A DNA stretch of 32,000 nt, from the NCBI GenBank assembly GCA_934660865.1, contig CAKUIA010000017.1, forward strand, positions 30,001-62,000. The letters run 5' to 3'. This DNA is from an uncultured Opitutales bacterium. GTDB taxonomy: Bacteria; Verrucomicrobiota; Verrucomicrobiia; Opitutales; Intestinicryptomonadaceae. Made by a program: the position numbers and the translations under genes. The notes beneath the pieces were generated by a model. That model did no database searches. It had not been told where the DNA came from and saw only the letters and a list, made by a program, of their open reading frames with translations. Below, piece by piece: positions 9,360 to 18,616 of this stretch. Within the stretch, counting starts at the first letter, position 1, and each line of letters starts with the position of its first letter.

Positions 9360-11102
9360 CTACCTTAACACTTTCTTTAGCAGTTCTATTCCCCGGCTAG
9401 GTATCATTTCCTTTACCGATTTGTATATTTTGCTTTTTTTAGACAGTGTAATTTCGCCTATAAGTTTCAGCGCGGCGCTTTCGTCGTCGCTGTCGGTAAA
9501 CACTTCGAACAGCATAGGTTTGTCGATTTTCGGCGAAAGGAATTTTTTGCAGTTTTTTTCGAAACCGTCTTTGTCGGTTGCGCACATATATTCAAACCCC
9601 AAATCGGTTGCGTAGTGTTTTACAAGCTCGTGAGATTTGTTGCCGTAGTGGCCGCCTGCCGCAATAAACTTGTCGGCGTCGCTGCCGAAACGGCTTGCGG
9701 GGTGGCTAAACAGTCTAAATTCTGCGCCTTTGCCGTTGTTTACAAGCAAAATTCTAAGGTTTTTGCCCAGGTTTTTATTGCCCAGGCTGTTCATGTCGTA
9801 GAAAAACGACAAATCGCCAATAACGCCGAAATACAGCTTGTTTTTGTCGGCCAAAGACGCGCCTATCAACGACGACATACACCCGTCTATGCCGAACCCG
9901 CCCGTGTTTGAATAGCACAAAACGCCCTTCGGCAAATCAAACAAATTCCATGCCCTAAGCGAGTTTAATATTGCAAAATGCACAACGCTATTTTCAGGAA
10001 TTTTACCCGCCATTTTAGAGGCTATCCAAATATTCGAAAACGGAAGCTCGGGGATATTGTTTTTAATTTCGTTTACAAGCGAATTTTGCGATTCCAATTT
10101 TGCGATTGCGCTGGATGTTCCGCCGCTTGGCTGCGATTTTGCGTAGTGCCCGAAAAAGCTTTCCTCGGGCATTTCGAATATTTTGGATATGCACTTAAAT
10201 GTGTCGCGCATTTCGCCGTCGTCGCTTACCCTCCATACGCTTTTGGCCTTTACGCCAAACAATGTGTATTCGCCGGAAATTTCGCCTATATGTACGGCCA
10301 AATCGAAAGTTTCCTTTTTTATGTACGCCTGCGAAAGGTATAAAACGCTGTTGAATTTGTATTTGCCGAAATAATTGCTGGTGTGGTCGCCAAACACAAC
10401 CGCGTTGTAGCGGCTGCAAAAGGCGTCTAGCTTTTCCTCCAAACTTTTCGGCCACTTTTTGTGCGAGCCTATAATTATGGCTATCTTTTCGGAATTCAAA
10501 TCGGGGAATTTGTCGGTCAGCGTAATTCTGTCGATTTTCTTTGCAGGCGGCAATGTTTCAACCGAAAAATCTTTTGAATAGCTTGTTTCCAAATTTATGT
10601 GCACTGGGCCGCCGCCGTTGCGGAACAATTCCGAAATTGCCTTGTTTGCAAGAAGATTGCAACCCCACTCGTCTTCGGCCGACTCGATGTTTTTTAGAAA
10701 AACGCTAATTTTTGCGACATCGTTGGGCAGCGAATTGCGGTCTATCACCTGCGGGATATTGTTGCCTATCCTATACTGGTGTTGGGTTGAAGTAATCGCC
10801 AAAACGGGAATTTTTCTGTAGTAGGCTTCGGTTAATGCGGGCAAATAGTTTCTTGAAGCCGTTGCCCCCGTGCAAGTTATGGCAACGGGCTCGTTCGATT
10901 CAACAGCCAAGCCGCACGCCATATATGCCGCCGAACGTTCGTCTGCCGACGAATACATCTCGAAATACGGATCTTGTTGCATACTGGCAACTAGCGTATA
11001 GTTTGTCGTTCCCGGCGACGCTATGACCTTTTTTATTCCGTATTGTTTCATTAACGAGAGAACAATCTGCACATTGCGTTCGGCTGAATAAAAATTTTTC
11101 AT
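9360..11102 (-). CDS. Thiamine-pyrophosphate-dependent enzyme, MenD/acetolactate-synthase-like three-domain architecture
   Basis: 580 aa. The N-terminal PYR domain reads 'ASPGTTNYTLVASM...SADERSAAYMACGLA'. The C-terminal TPP-binding motif is 'GDLSFFYDMNSLGNKNLGKNLRILLVNNG' (GD-x24-NN). Lies 21 nt upstream of wzx. Confidence 0.8.
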   Translation of the reverse strand: MKNFYSAERNVQIVLSLMKQYGIKKVIASPGTTNYTLVASMQQDPYFEMYSSADERSAAYMACGLAVESNEPVAITCTGATASRNYLPALTEAYYRKIPVLAITSTQHQYRIGNNIPQVIDRNSLPNDVAKISVFLKNIESAEDEWGCNLLANKAISELFRNGGGPVHINLETSYSKDFSVETLPPAKKIDRITLTDKFPDLNSEKIAIIIGSHKKWPKSLEEKLDAFCSRYNAVVFGDHTSNYFGKYKFNSVLYLSQAYIKKETFDLAVHIGEISGEYTLFGVKAKSVWRVSDDGEMRDTFKCISKIFEMPEESFFGHYAKSQPSGGTSSAIAKLESQNSLVNEIKNNIPELPFSNIWIASKMAGKIPENSVVHFAILNSLRAWNLFDLPKGVLCYSNTGGFGIDGCMSSLIGASLADKNKLYFGVIGDLSFFYDMNSLGNKNLGKNLRILLVNNGKGAEFRLFSHPASRFGSDADKFIAAGGHYGNKSHELVKHYATDLGFEYMCATDKDGFEKNCKKFLSPKIDKPMLFEVFTDSDDESAALKLIGEITLSKKSKIYKSVKEMIPSRGIELLKKVLR

Positions 11103-11180
11103 TATATGTATGTAAAGTATATCGCCAAAATGGCAAAAAATGCCGATTCGAGCAAGAAAATCTTTTTTTTTGAAAATCCC

Positions 11181-11639
11181 CTACAATCTTTTGTTTTTAA
11201 ATGCCGAGACTATACCCAAGCACCCCGAAAGGATTTCGTTGTAGGCGGCGGCAAAGTCGCCCGTATACCACGGGTCGTCAACTTCGGTGTTGGCGGTGTC
11301 GGAAAATTCGGGCAGCAAATGCACCTTGTTTTTCAGGTCGTTGCCGCATATGCGCTTTATGTTGGCTAAATTGCTATTGTCCATACACGCAATAAGGTCG
11401 AATTTTTGCAGGTCTTGGGCCGCCATTTTTCGGGCAAACTTGCCGTCGCATGCAATGCCGTGTTTTGCCAATTCGCGCCTTGCCGGCGGGTATACCGCAT
11501 TTCCCAGTTCCTCGCTGCTTACCGCGGCCGATTCGACATAAAAATTAAGCCCCTCTTTTTGCGCCAAATCTTTCATTATAAATTCGGCCATTGGGCTTCG
11601 GCAAATATTGCCGTGGCATACAAATAATATTTTATACAT
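11181..11639 (-). CDS. Low-molecular-weight protein-tyrosine phosphatase (Wzb-like)
   Basis: 'MYKILFVCHGNICRSPMAE' carries the CX5R(S/T) P-loop, and the C-terminal 'DDPWY' carries the DP general-acid motif. I place the start at ATG 11639; the 20-codon extension to 11699 in the ORF track precedes the conserved N-terminus. Confidence 0.85.
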   Translation of the reverse strand: MYKILFVCHGNICRSPMAEFIMKDLAQKEGLNFYVESAAVSSEELGNAVYPPARRELAKHGIACDGKFARKMAAQDLQKFDLIACMDNSNLANIKRICGNDLKNKVHLLPEFSDTANTEVDDPWYTGDFAAAYNEILSGCLGIVSAFKNKRL

Positions 11640-11791
11640 ACTTAATTTACCTACGTTTTTAAAGCGCCAAAGTCTTATATGTTGTTGCGTTGTTATCAAG
11701 AATTTTCCGCTTTTTGCGGCTTTGCTACACTACCCCATAAAAGTATTGACTGCCCCGCTATTTTTTGTAAAAATCGGTCTACTAACCTTAA

Positions 11792-13111
11792 TTGTATTAT
11801 ATGATGAATTTAAAACGTTTTTTGTATATTGTGCCGCTTTGTGCGTTTTCGCTTTGCGCTTATGCCGAAAAAACTTTGCCAAACGGCGATGTTGTGAATT
11901 TGCACCCGCGGGTAAAGGACGAATACCTTGAGCAAGACGCCCCTTTGAAAATGCTTTTGGACGAAACCGAAAACAATCGCTGGAGGCAAACCCGCATACA
12001 AATTCCCGACGGAACCGTTCACTACACCGGCTACTACAGCAAAAACCACTGGGGGCCTAAAAACGACTATTTTGTGTGCCTAATAAGGCGCAAGGGTTTG
12101 CCGCGCGGGGCTTCGGTTTTGTGCAAATATGTGTTAAAAGAAAGGGCGTTGCGCGAGCTTTGCATAATAAGGGGCGAGGCAACCTACGACCACACGCGCA
12201 ACATAGTGTGGGGGCTTCAGGGCAACAGGTTTTACAAGATAGACCTTAACAAACCCGTAAGCCCCACCGAATTTGCGCCCGAATACATATTCCAAGACTC
12301 GATGAAAAATTCGTATCTATACGGGCCTTTGGAAATAGACGAAAAGCGCGGTTTGGCGTTTTTCGGGATAGGCGTTGAAGACAAGGCAAAAAAGGAGGCG
12401 GCCAACGCCCTTGTTAAGGAGAAAAAAGACCCCCGCTTGGAATACATAGGCGAGCGCTCCTTTATGGTGTTGGACATAAACACGGGCAAGCTTTTAAAGC
12501 GTATCCCCATGGGCGGCAACTTTCATGCAAATCACTGGATAGCAATGCCCGACGGCGAAAACATTGTTTTTGCGCACGAGGGCATAACCGACACCATTGC
12601 CGACCGCATAAACATGATAAACTGGAAAACGGGCGAAAAGAAATGCCTGCATAGCCATATAATAGACAAAAAATCGGGCAGAATGCTCGAGTGCATTGGC
12701 CACGAAATGCGCGGCGGCGACTATATTAACGCGGTAAGGTATGCGCAGTCGGAATTGGGCAGCGCCATTGTAAGAGTAAAAAAAGACGGTTCCGACTACC
12801 ACATTGCCGACTACGACAGCTATTGGCATTCTTCCACAAACCCCGACACCGGCGAAATTATAGTTGCCGATACAATGTGGTGGGGCAAACACAATGTGCG
12901 CAACAAAAAGAAGGACCACGGCTACATAATAAGGCTTGATATGAAAAACGGCACAAAGGAAATCCTTAAGGAGATAAAAATTAACGCGCAAAACGGTTCA
13001 AACCACCCCCACCCTTCGCTTAACGGCGACGGCACAAAAGTTCTCTTTAGCGAACCTGCCGACGACAAATACGAAAACAATTCGCTAACTTTGCTTGAAT
13101 TGGTAAAATAG
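11792..13111 (+). CDS. Exported oligogalacturonate lyase (PL22)-like beta-propeller protein, paralog 1
   Basis: 439 aa with signal peptide (NLKRFLYIVPLCAFSLCAYA-EK). 'FAHEGITDTIADRINMINWKTG' and the C-terminal 'NHPHPSLNGDGTKVLFSE' parallel the Ogl-family motifs as I remember them ('HEGPHDLVDARMWLIN.DG', 'HPHPSF..D.K.ILFTS'). Alternative starts are at 11801 and 11804. Confidence 0.6.
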   Translation: MYYMMNLKRFLYIVPLCAFSLCAYAEKTLPNGDVVNLHPRVKDEYLEQDAPLKMLLDETENNRWRQTRIQIPDGTVHYTGYYSKNHWGPKNDYFVCLIRRKGLPRGASVLCKYVLKERALRELCIIRGEATYDHTRNIVWGLQGNRFYKIDLNKPVSPTEFAPEYIFQDSMKNSYLYGPLEIDEKRGLAFFGIGVEDKAKKEAANALVKEKKDPRLEYIGERSFMVLDINTGKLLKRIPMGGNFHANHWIAMPDGENIVFAHEGITDTIADRINMINWKTGEKKCLHSHIIDKKSGRMLECIGHEMRGGDYINAVRYAQSELGSAIVRVKKDGSDYHIADYDSYWHSSTNPDTGEIIVADTMWWGKHNVRNKKKDHGYIIRLDMKNGTKEILKEIKINAQNGSNHPHPSLNGDGTKVLFSEPADDKYENNSLTLLELVK

Positions 13112-13124
13112 GAGGAATTTTATT

Positions 13125-14339
13125 ATGAAGATTGCATTTTCGATTATGCTGACGCTGCTGGCCTGCAGCCTCTTTGCCGCCGACAACAAACCAAAATATA
13201 AGGACGAAGCCCCGCAACCCGACGTATACAAGGAGGTAAAACGCAACTGGAGGCAGCACACATTGCAGCTTGAAGGCCGCCATGTGATGCGCGCGTATTA
13301 TACGCACAATTCCTTCGGCAAAGACAATAAAACCGTAGTGTGCTATTCGCACGACAAAAATTTCGGCGACCCGCGCATTCATATATACGATATAGCACAG
13401 GGCAAATTCGTAAAAGAGGTTAAACTCGACAAAATGTTTTCGGGGCAAAACCGCACATTGGGCGCAATCTATTGCGCCTCGCAAAACAGCGTGTATTTAA
13501 CGCACCGCAATAAAATATACAAAGTTAACCTAAACGACGGCAAAACATCGGTGTTTTTCGAACACCCGATAAAAACCGCGGCGCTCCATAGCGGCGACAT
13601 AAACAGAGCCGAAACTTTAATGGTTATGGGCGTGTATGCAAACAATCCCGACAAAAAGGAGCAATACAGCTATCTGGGTTTTTGCGTGATAGACCTAAAA
13701 ACGGGAAAGGCCGTAAAAGACGTCGGTATGGGCAACTACCGTTTTGTTGCAAACCACTACCAGTTTATGGACGACAACCCCGACCATATAATGTATGCGC
13801 ACGAGGGCGAAACTTCTACAATTCCCGACCGCATAAACCGCATAAATTGGAAAACGGGCTGGCACAAGATTTTGCACAACCACTATCTGGACAAAAACAA
13901 CGGCTCGCTTATAGAGTGCATTGGCCACGAAATGACTGGCGGCAACAAGATTGTGGCCGTAAGGTACTCGGTTAGCAAAATCCCCGGGGCTTTGGTTGCT
14001 ATGAATACCGACGGCAGCGACTACAAGGTTATAGACTACGACAACTATTGGCACTGCTCGATAAACGCCGACGGCACCGTTTATGCCGCCGACACCATGT
14101 GGTGGGGCAACACCAAGCGCGTTTCCGGCGACGTAAAAAACCCGAAAACCTGGGTGATTTTGCTCGATTCAAAAAGCAAGACAAAGGAAATTATAAAGTC
14201 GTTTAGGGGCGAAAACAAACACAACTACTACCATTCGCACCCCGCAGTAAGTAGCGATGGGCGCCTTGTATATTTTACCGAAGGCGGCGGCGAATTTGTA
14301 AAGGCCACCCTCTTCGAATTGCTCGACAAATCGCTTTAA
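13125..14339 (+). CDS. Exported oligogalacturonate lyase (PL22)-like beta-propeller protein, paralog 2
   Basis: 404 aa with a signal or lipoprotein-like N-terminus (MKIAFSIMLTLLACSLFA). 'YAHEGETSTIPDRINRINWKTG', 'ECIGHEMTGG', 'ADTMWWG' and 'YHSHPAVSSDGRLVYFTE' align block-for-block with the upstream gene. Confidence 0.6.
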   Translation: MKIAFSIMLTLLACSLFAADNKPKYKDEAPQPDVYKEVKRNWRQHTLQLEGRHVMRAYYTHNSFGKDNKTVVCYSHDKNFGDPRIHIYDIAQGKFVKEVKLDKMFSGQNRTLGAIYCASQNSVYLTHRNKIYKVNLNDGKTSVFFEHPIKTAALHSGDINRAETLMVMGVYANNPDKKEQYSYLGFCVIDLKTGKAVKDVGMGNYRFVANHYQFMDDNPDHIMYAHEGETSTIPDRINRINWKTGWHKILHNHYLDKNNGSLIECIGHEMTGGNKIVAVRYSVSKIPGALVAMNTDGSDYKVIDYDNYWHCSINADGTVYAADTMWWGNTKRVSGDVKNPKTWVILLDSKSKTKEIIKSFRGENKHNYYHSHPAVSSDGRLVYFTEGGGEFVKATLFELLDKSL

Positions 14340-14350
14340 AACCCTGCAAA

Positions 14351-14391
14351 AAAATCCGCCCCGTTTTTTCGGAGCGGATTTTTGTTTTTTT
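14351..14391. terminator. Bidirectional rho-independent terminator between convergent genes
   Basis: The hairpin TCCGCCCCG-tttttt-CGGAGCGGA has one mismatch. It is flanked by an A-run upstream and 'TTTTTGTTTTTTT' downstream, so it presents a T-run on either strand. Confidence 0.55.
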
Positions 14392-14404
14392 GCCAATATT
14401 GTTT

Positions 14405-15292
14405 TTATTGCAAAATTTCGCCGCAAACATCGCCTACATGCGCGTAATATTCAATGTTGTTTAGGCTGCATTCCAAAAGTTTTGGCTTAAATTCAACAAA
14501 GCCTTTTTGGAAAACGCAAACTACGCAGGAGCCGCCGAAAAGGAATTTGCCCATTTGGGCTGCGGCCTTAACGTTTGCGCCAATTTCGTCGAAATTTATT
14601 ATGCCGCCTACATTTGTAGCCCCTATTTGCACAACGGCGCAATAGGCCCCGCTTTTGTGGCGCAAAATGTTTACAACCCTCTCGTTTTGCAGCAGATAGT
14701 TTAAGCCCCTGCAAAGCGCTATCGGGCTAACCGAATTTAAGTGCCCTTTTATGCGTTTTCTAGCCTCTATTGTTCCCGAAATCGGGTAGTGAAACCTGTG
14801 GTAGTCTACTGGGCTTAGCCTTGAAATAAGAACCGAGCCTCCATCGAAAAGCTTGGCACATTCGGCGCAGCCCAAAAGGGTTGCAATGTCCAGCTTTTGC
14901 CCTTTTGCGTAAAAAAAATAGTTTTCGCCTATATTTTGCGCCGCTAAATTGCGCGAATCGGCGGGGAAAAATACGCAATTTTCTCCGCCTTTGGCGGTTC
15001 TTGCCTCGGGCAAAAGCTCCCTTGCAAAAAAGTCGTTAAAATTGGCAAAGTTTTTTTGGGGGCAGTCGTCTAAATTTATGGAGTGGGCCTTTGCAAATTT
15101 AGGCCCCGCGTTTTTGCTTATTTTTGAATTTGCCCAAACCCCGAAAATTTTTGAAAAAACCTTCCTTTTAACAAGCGCCCATAAAGCCAGTTTGCCGACG
15201 GCATTTGAATAGAGGAATTTCAGGAAAAACTCGGCGGGAACTTCCTCGTTTTCGTATTTATTTGTGTGGGAATTGAAAATTTTTATCGCCAT
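14405..15292 (-). CDS. psd: Phosphatidylserine decarboxylase proenzyme
   Basis: 'RLSPVDYHRFHYPISG' together with 'FLFGGSCVV' (G-S self-cleavage/pyruvoyl site). I place the start at ATG 15292 (MAIKIFNSH...). The longer ORF to 15376 would run antisense into recD2. There is a 10-nt overlap with the recD2 stop. Confidence 0.85.
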   Translation of the reverse strand: MAIKIFNSHTNKYENEEVPAEFFLKFLYSNAVGKLALWALVKRKVFSKIFGVWANSKISKNAGPKFAKAHSINLDDCPQKNFANFNDFFARELLPEARTAKGGENCVFFPADSRNLAAQNIGENYFFYAKGQKLDIATLLGCAECAKLFDGGSVLISRLSPVDYHRFHYPISGTIEARKRIKGHLNSVSPIALCRGLNYLLQNERVVNILRHKSGAYCAVVQIGATNVGGIINFDEIGANVKAAAQMGKFLFGGSCVVCVFQKGFVEFKPKLLECSLNNIEYYAHVGDVCGEILQ

Positions 15293-17463
15293 TGGGTGTC
15301 CTGGTAAGATAGCAGCCTTTGTTTTAGCCCCGTATCGCGCTTTAGCGATTTGTCGTTGGCTATGGCCATTTGCCATGCGTATGGTTCGCCGATAATAAAC
15401 GCCTTTTTCTTTGCTCTTGTCAATGCAGTATACAATAAATTGCGCTGCAAAAGCATAAAGTGGCTTTTCATTAAAATCAAAACTATCACGGGAAATTCGC
15501 TGCCCTGCGACTTGTGCACGCTAACAGCATACGCCAGGCGCAAGTCGAAGGCGTCGGTTTTCGTAAATTCGGCGGTTTTGCCCTGGAAATCCACGTCCAA
15601 CACATCGTCGGAAATGCCGCTTAAAATGCCCATATCGCCGTTATAGACGTCAAGCAGATAGTTGTTTTTTGTCTGTATAAGCTTGTCGCCCTTTTTGAAC
15701 AAAGTTGCCCCGATACGCGTACTTTGGGTATTTTTGTTTAAACGCTGCTGCAAAGTGTCGTTTAAAGCCCCAATGCCGGCCTGCCCCTTGTGCATGGGCA
15801 GCAAAAATTGCACGTCGTTAACGATGTCTATTTCGGGCATGCTTTTTGGGATTTCGTTTTCGAGCAGGTACAATGCGGTTTTTACGGCATTTTCGGGGCT
15901 GTCTACCGCAAAAAATTCAACCTGTCTAAAGCAGCTTATGTGCGCAGAGGCCCTATATTGCGAAAGCGTGTTTTTGCCTTCAAGTATGTCGTGGGCAATG
16001 TCTACAATGTCGGAATTTTCGCTTTGCCTGAAAATTCTTTTTAAAACAACGGTCTTAAAAATTCCGCTTTCTATAATGTCCTTTAAAACATTGCCCGCCC
16101 CCACGCTTGGCAGCTGGTCTATGTCGCCTACAAGCAAAAGGTGCGCGCTTTCTTTTAGGGCTTTAAAGAGGGCGTTTGCCAGCTTTTCGTCCAGCATTGA
16201 TGATTCGTCTACAATCACAAAATCGGCCTCGAGCTTTTTGTCGCGCCCGAAAGTAAAGCCTCCCGTTTGCGGGTTATACGCCAATATTCTGTGAATTGTC
16301 TGCGCCGGCATATTGCAGCTTTGCGCCATTCTTTGCGCAGCCCTGCCCGTGGGAGCCGCCAAAATCACCCTTACTTTTTTTGCGTTTAAAATTGCAGTTA
16401 TTGCCCTTAGCACCGTCGTTTTGCCGGTGCCCGGGCCGCCCGTTATAACGCAAACCTTGTTTTTAATGGAATTTTTTACCGCCGAAATCTGTTCGGGCGA
16501 CAAGTTGGTGCCGAACTTTTGCTGCGCCCATAGCACCGCCTTTTCCACCGCAATTTTAGGCAGGCCGGAAGGCTCTTTGTTTATCGCGTTAAGGCTTTCG
16601 GCAATGCGCCTTTCGCATATCGCATTGGCCTTTAATTGAACAAAATGCGAATTTACAAGAACAAGCTCGCCAATATTTATCATTTCAAGCAGGCGCTCTT
16701 TGCACAAGGCGGCGTCTACCGCCAAATTTTGCGAGGCGGTTTCTATCAAAATGTCTATGTCGGCCATAGTATGGCCCAGTTGTTCGAATTCGCTTAGCGT
16801 AAAGCTTAGCCCCGCCTTTACCCTAAATACCGACTCGTTTGCAATGCCCGAATTAAGGGCAATTTGGTCGGCCGTTTTAAATCCTATGCCGCCTATTTCC
16901 ATAGCCAGCTTATACGGGTTTTCGGCTATAACATTAAGGGCTTTTTCGCCGTACTTTTTAACTATGTCGGCGCAGTGTTTTATGCCGACACCGTAGGTTC
17001 TAAGCTTCATTACAACATCGCGCAAATTGCGCTGTGCGTCCCACGATTTTTTTATTTCCCGTACGCGCTTTTCGCCAATGCCTGCAACCTCCCTTAGGCG
17101 CGCGGAATCTTCGTCGATAATTTTCAGCGTATTTTCGCCGAATCGGTTTACGATTTTTTCGGCATAGCCCTTGCCGATTCCCTGAATTAGCCCGCTGCCC
17201 AAAAATTTTTTTATGCCGTATAAAGACGACGGCAGCTTGCTTTTAAAGGAAACGGCCTTTAACTGGTCGCCGTAGCTTTTGTGGTGCAGCCAATAGCCCT
17301 TAACTTCAAGCGTTTCGCCGCATTGTATGGAGGGCAACGTGCCCGTTATTGTAAACGAACTTTTGTCGGAGCTTTTTATTTGGGCCACGCAATAGTTGTT
17401 GTCTTCGTTGTAAAAAAGTATTTTTTCTACAACGCCCTCTACGGTTGACAGCGCGCCGTCCAT
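15283..17463 (-). CDS. recD2: RecD2-type SF1B ATP-dependent DNA helicase
   Basis: Contains 'VITGGPGTGKTT' (Walker A), 'LAAPTGRAAQRM', 'VIVDESSMLD' (Walker B), 'LLLVGDIDQLPSVGAGNVL' and 'AVSVHKSQGSEFPVIVL'. The N-terminal OB/HhH region is typical of RecD2. I place the start at ATG 17463 (MDGALSTVEG...), which overlaps the upstream stop as TAATG. Confidence 0.9.
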   Translation of the reverse strand: MDGALSTVEGVVEKILFYNEDNNYCVAQIKSSDKSSFTITGTLPSIQCGETLEVKGYWLHHKSYGDQLKAVSFKSKLPSSLYGIKKFLGSGLIQGIGKGYAEKIVNRFGENTLKIIDEDSARLREVAGIGEKRVREIKKSWDAQRNLRDVVMKLRTYGVGIKHCADIVKKYGEKALNVIAENPYKLAMEIGGIGFKTADQIALNSGIANESVFRVKAGLSFTLSEFEQLGHTMADIDILIETASQNLAVDAALCKERLLEMINIGELVLVNSHFVQLKANAICERRIAESLNAINKEPSGLPKIAVEKAVLWAQQKFGTNLSPEQISAVKNSIKNKVCVITGGPGTGKTTVLRAITAILNAKKVRVILAAPTGRAAQRMAQSCNMPAQTIHRILAYNPQTGGFTFGRDKKLEADFVIVDESSMLDEKLANALFKALKESAHLLLVGDIDQLPSVGAGNVLKDIIESGIFKTVVLKRIFRQSENSDIVDIAHDILEGKNTLSQYRASAHISCFRQVEFFAVDSPENAVKTALYLLENEIPKSMPEIDIVNDVQFLLPMHKGQAGIGALNDTLQQRLNKNTQSTRIGATLFKKGDKLIQTKNNYLLDVYNGDMGILSGISDDVLDVDFQGKTAEFTKTDAFDLRLAYAVSVHKSQGSEFPVIVLILMKSHFMLLQRNLLYTALTRAKKKAFIIGEPYAWQMAIANDKSLKRDTGLKQRLLSYQDTQWR

Positions 17464-18146
17464 TACAGCGCCGAACCGAAAAAGCGTTCGGACATTTCGG
17501 AAAAGTCCGAGTAAACGCCGAGCGCGTTTTTGGCTTTCTTTAAAAGCTCCGATTTTGCAACGGTGCCCGTTGCAACCAAAGCGCATTCAATGCCGGCGTT
17601 TTGCGCCGAGTTGTAGTCGTATAGCGAGTCGCCCACAACAAGCGCGTTTTCGGGAGCAAGTTTCATTTTGCCAAGAGCTGCTAACGTAAATTCCCTGTCG
17701 GGCTTGCGGGGCGAATGTAAGGTAGTTCCCGTTACCGCGCAAAAATACGGCAAAATGCTCAATTTTGCCAAAATCTCGCGGGCGGCGTGCTCTTCTTTGT
17801 TTGTAAAAAGCGCAATTTTATACTTTTTTTTGCGCAAAAATTCCAAAAATTCTACCGTGCGCGGCATTAAGGTAAGGCCGTCGAACATAAAGCGGTAGAA
17901 ATTTTCGGTATATATTTCGGCCAAGCGCATTGCGTCTTTTTCGCCGAAAAGCTTACCCATTGTAATAAGTATAGAGCCGCCTACGCTGTTTACCGTATCT
18001 TCGAAATCGGGTGCTTCCAGCCCAAGCTTTCTGGCCGAATACGACGCGCACGAATGAATTGCGTGGAAATTATCCACCAATGTCCCGTCTAAATCGAACA
18101 ATATGCCTTTAATGTTGCCCTTTTCCACCTTAAGCCGTATCCCCAA
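17463..18146 (-). CDS. HAD-superfamily hydrolase (phosphoglycolate phosphatase-like)
   Basis: 227 aa. Contains 'ILFDLDGTLVDN' (DxDxT), 'ALFTNK' (motif II) and 'VVGDSLYDYNSAQNAG' (motif IV). Confidence 0.8.
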   Translation of the reverse strand: MGIRLKVEKGNIKGILFDLDGTLVDNFHAIHSCASYSARKLGLEAPDFEDTVNSVGGSILITMGKLFGEKDAMRLAEIYTENFYRFMFDGLTLMPRTVEFLEFLRKKKYKIALFTNKEEHAAREILAKLSILPYFCAVTGTTLHSPRKPDREFTLAALGKMKLAPENALVVGDSLYDYNSAQNAGIECALVATGTVAKSELLKKAKNALGVYSDFSEMSERFFGSAL

Positions 18147-18156
18147 AATTATCCCG

Positions 18157-18190
18157 AAAAAGCCTATTTCTTTGTTGAAATAGGCTTTTT
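18157..18190 (-). terminator. Rho-independent terminator after the small lipoprotein gene
   Basis: Perfect 10-bp stem AGCCTATTTC-tttgtt-GAAATAGGCT flanked by A and T runs. It sits between the lipoprotein stop (18216) and the HAD start (18146). Confidence 0.6.
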
Positions 18191-18215
18191 GCTAAAGGCT
18201 TATGAAAATTACAGA

Positions 18216-18467
18216 TTAGTAATCTTCTATCGAGATTGCGCCCCACAAGAACTGTGTTCTGTTGCCGGAGGGCAATTCCATACCGTAAACCTCGTCGGAC
18301 CTGATAATGTCGGAAGTGTCTTTAGTTACCTCGTAGCATGCGGGTTCGAAAGTAAAGATACCCAAAACCGTTGTTTTGTTGTGTGCTACCTGATCGTTAG
18401 ACGAGCAAGCCGACATTAAGCCGGAGATTAGTACTGCGGATAATAAAAATAAATTACGAAGTTTCAT
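18216..18467 (-). CDS. Small putative lipoprotein
   Basis: 83 aa. 'MKLRNLFLLSAVLISGLMSAC-SSN' is a signal peptide plus lipobox (L-M-S-A-C). A terminator follows. No other motif recognised. Confidence 0.5.
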   Translation of the reverse strand: MKLRNLFLLSAVLISGLMSACSSNDQVAHNKTTVLGIFTFEPACYEVTKDTSDIIRSDEVYGMELPSGNRTQFLWGAISIEDY

Positions 18468-18616
18468 ATACGAACTACTCTAGCATATTGTTTTTATAAA
18501 TCAACTCTTTTTTGATAAATTTTTACAAAATTATTAACTTGAACAATAGCAAAGCAAATCGCATAATAAACGCCTAGTTATATTTCACACGTAAATTATA
18601 AATATCGAAAGTATAT

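Noticed and set aside
11181-11639. The LMW tyrosine phosphatase as evidence for a Wzc/BY-kinase-controlled capsule system.
   Set aside because: No BY-kinase (Wzc), Wza or Wzz gene is present in the window. The phosphatase alone does not establish that pathway.
12494-12991. Long antisense ORFs inside well-supported genes. Examples are 12494-12991(-), 13047-13484(-), 13695-14054(-), 15662-16294(+), 18574-19062(-), 19515-19982(-), 20271-20842(-), 25487-25999(-), 28195-28605(-) and 30756-31142(-).
   Set aside because: Each lies opposite a CDS with clear family motifs. The translations are rich in R/C/F/V runs typical of shadow frames and lack motifs. They are treated as non-coding.
15293-15376. 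N-terminal extensions offered by the ORF track for psd (to 15376), recD2 (to 17586), the LMW-PTP (to 11699) and the OMP (TTG at 30381).
   Set aside because: In each case an internal ATG coincides with the conserved N-terminus or signal peptide: MAIKIF..., MDGALSTVEG..., MYKILFVCHGNICRSP and MKKAIISIVSLFAAFSFANA. Each internal start also removes an implausible overlap with the upstream gene.
14405-18146. The HAD hydrolase, RecD2 and Psd operon with overlapping start/stop codons (TAATG; 10-nt overlap) as a possible functional 'system'.
   Set aside because: All three are ordinary housekeeping families with intact canonical motifs. Overlapping codons are common in compact operons. Nothing suggests a novel association.
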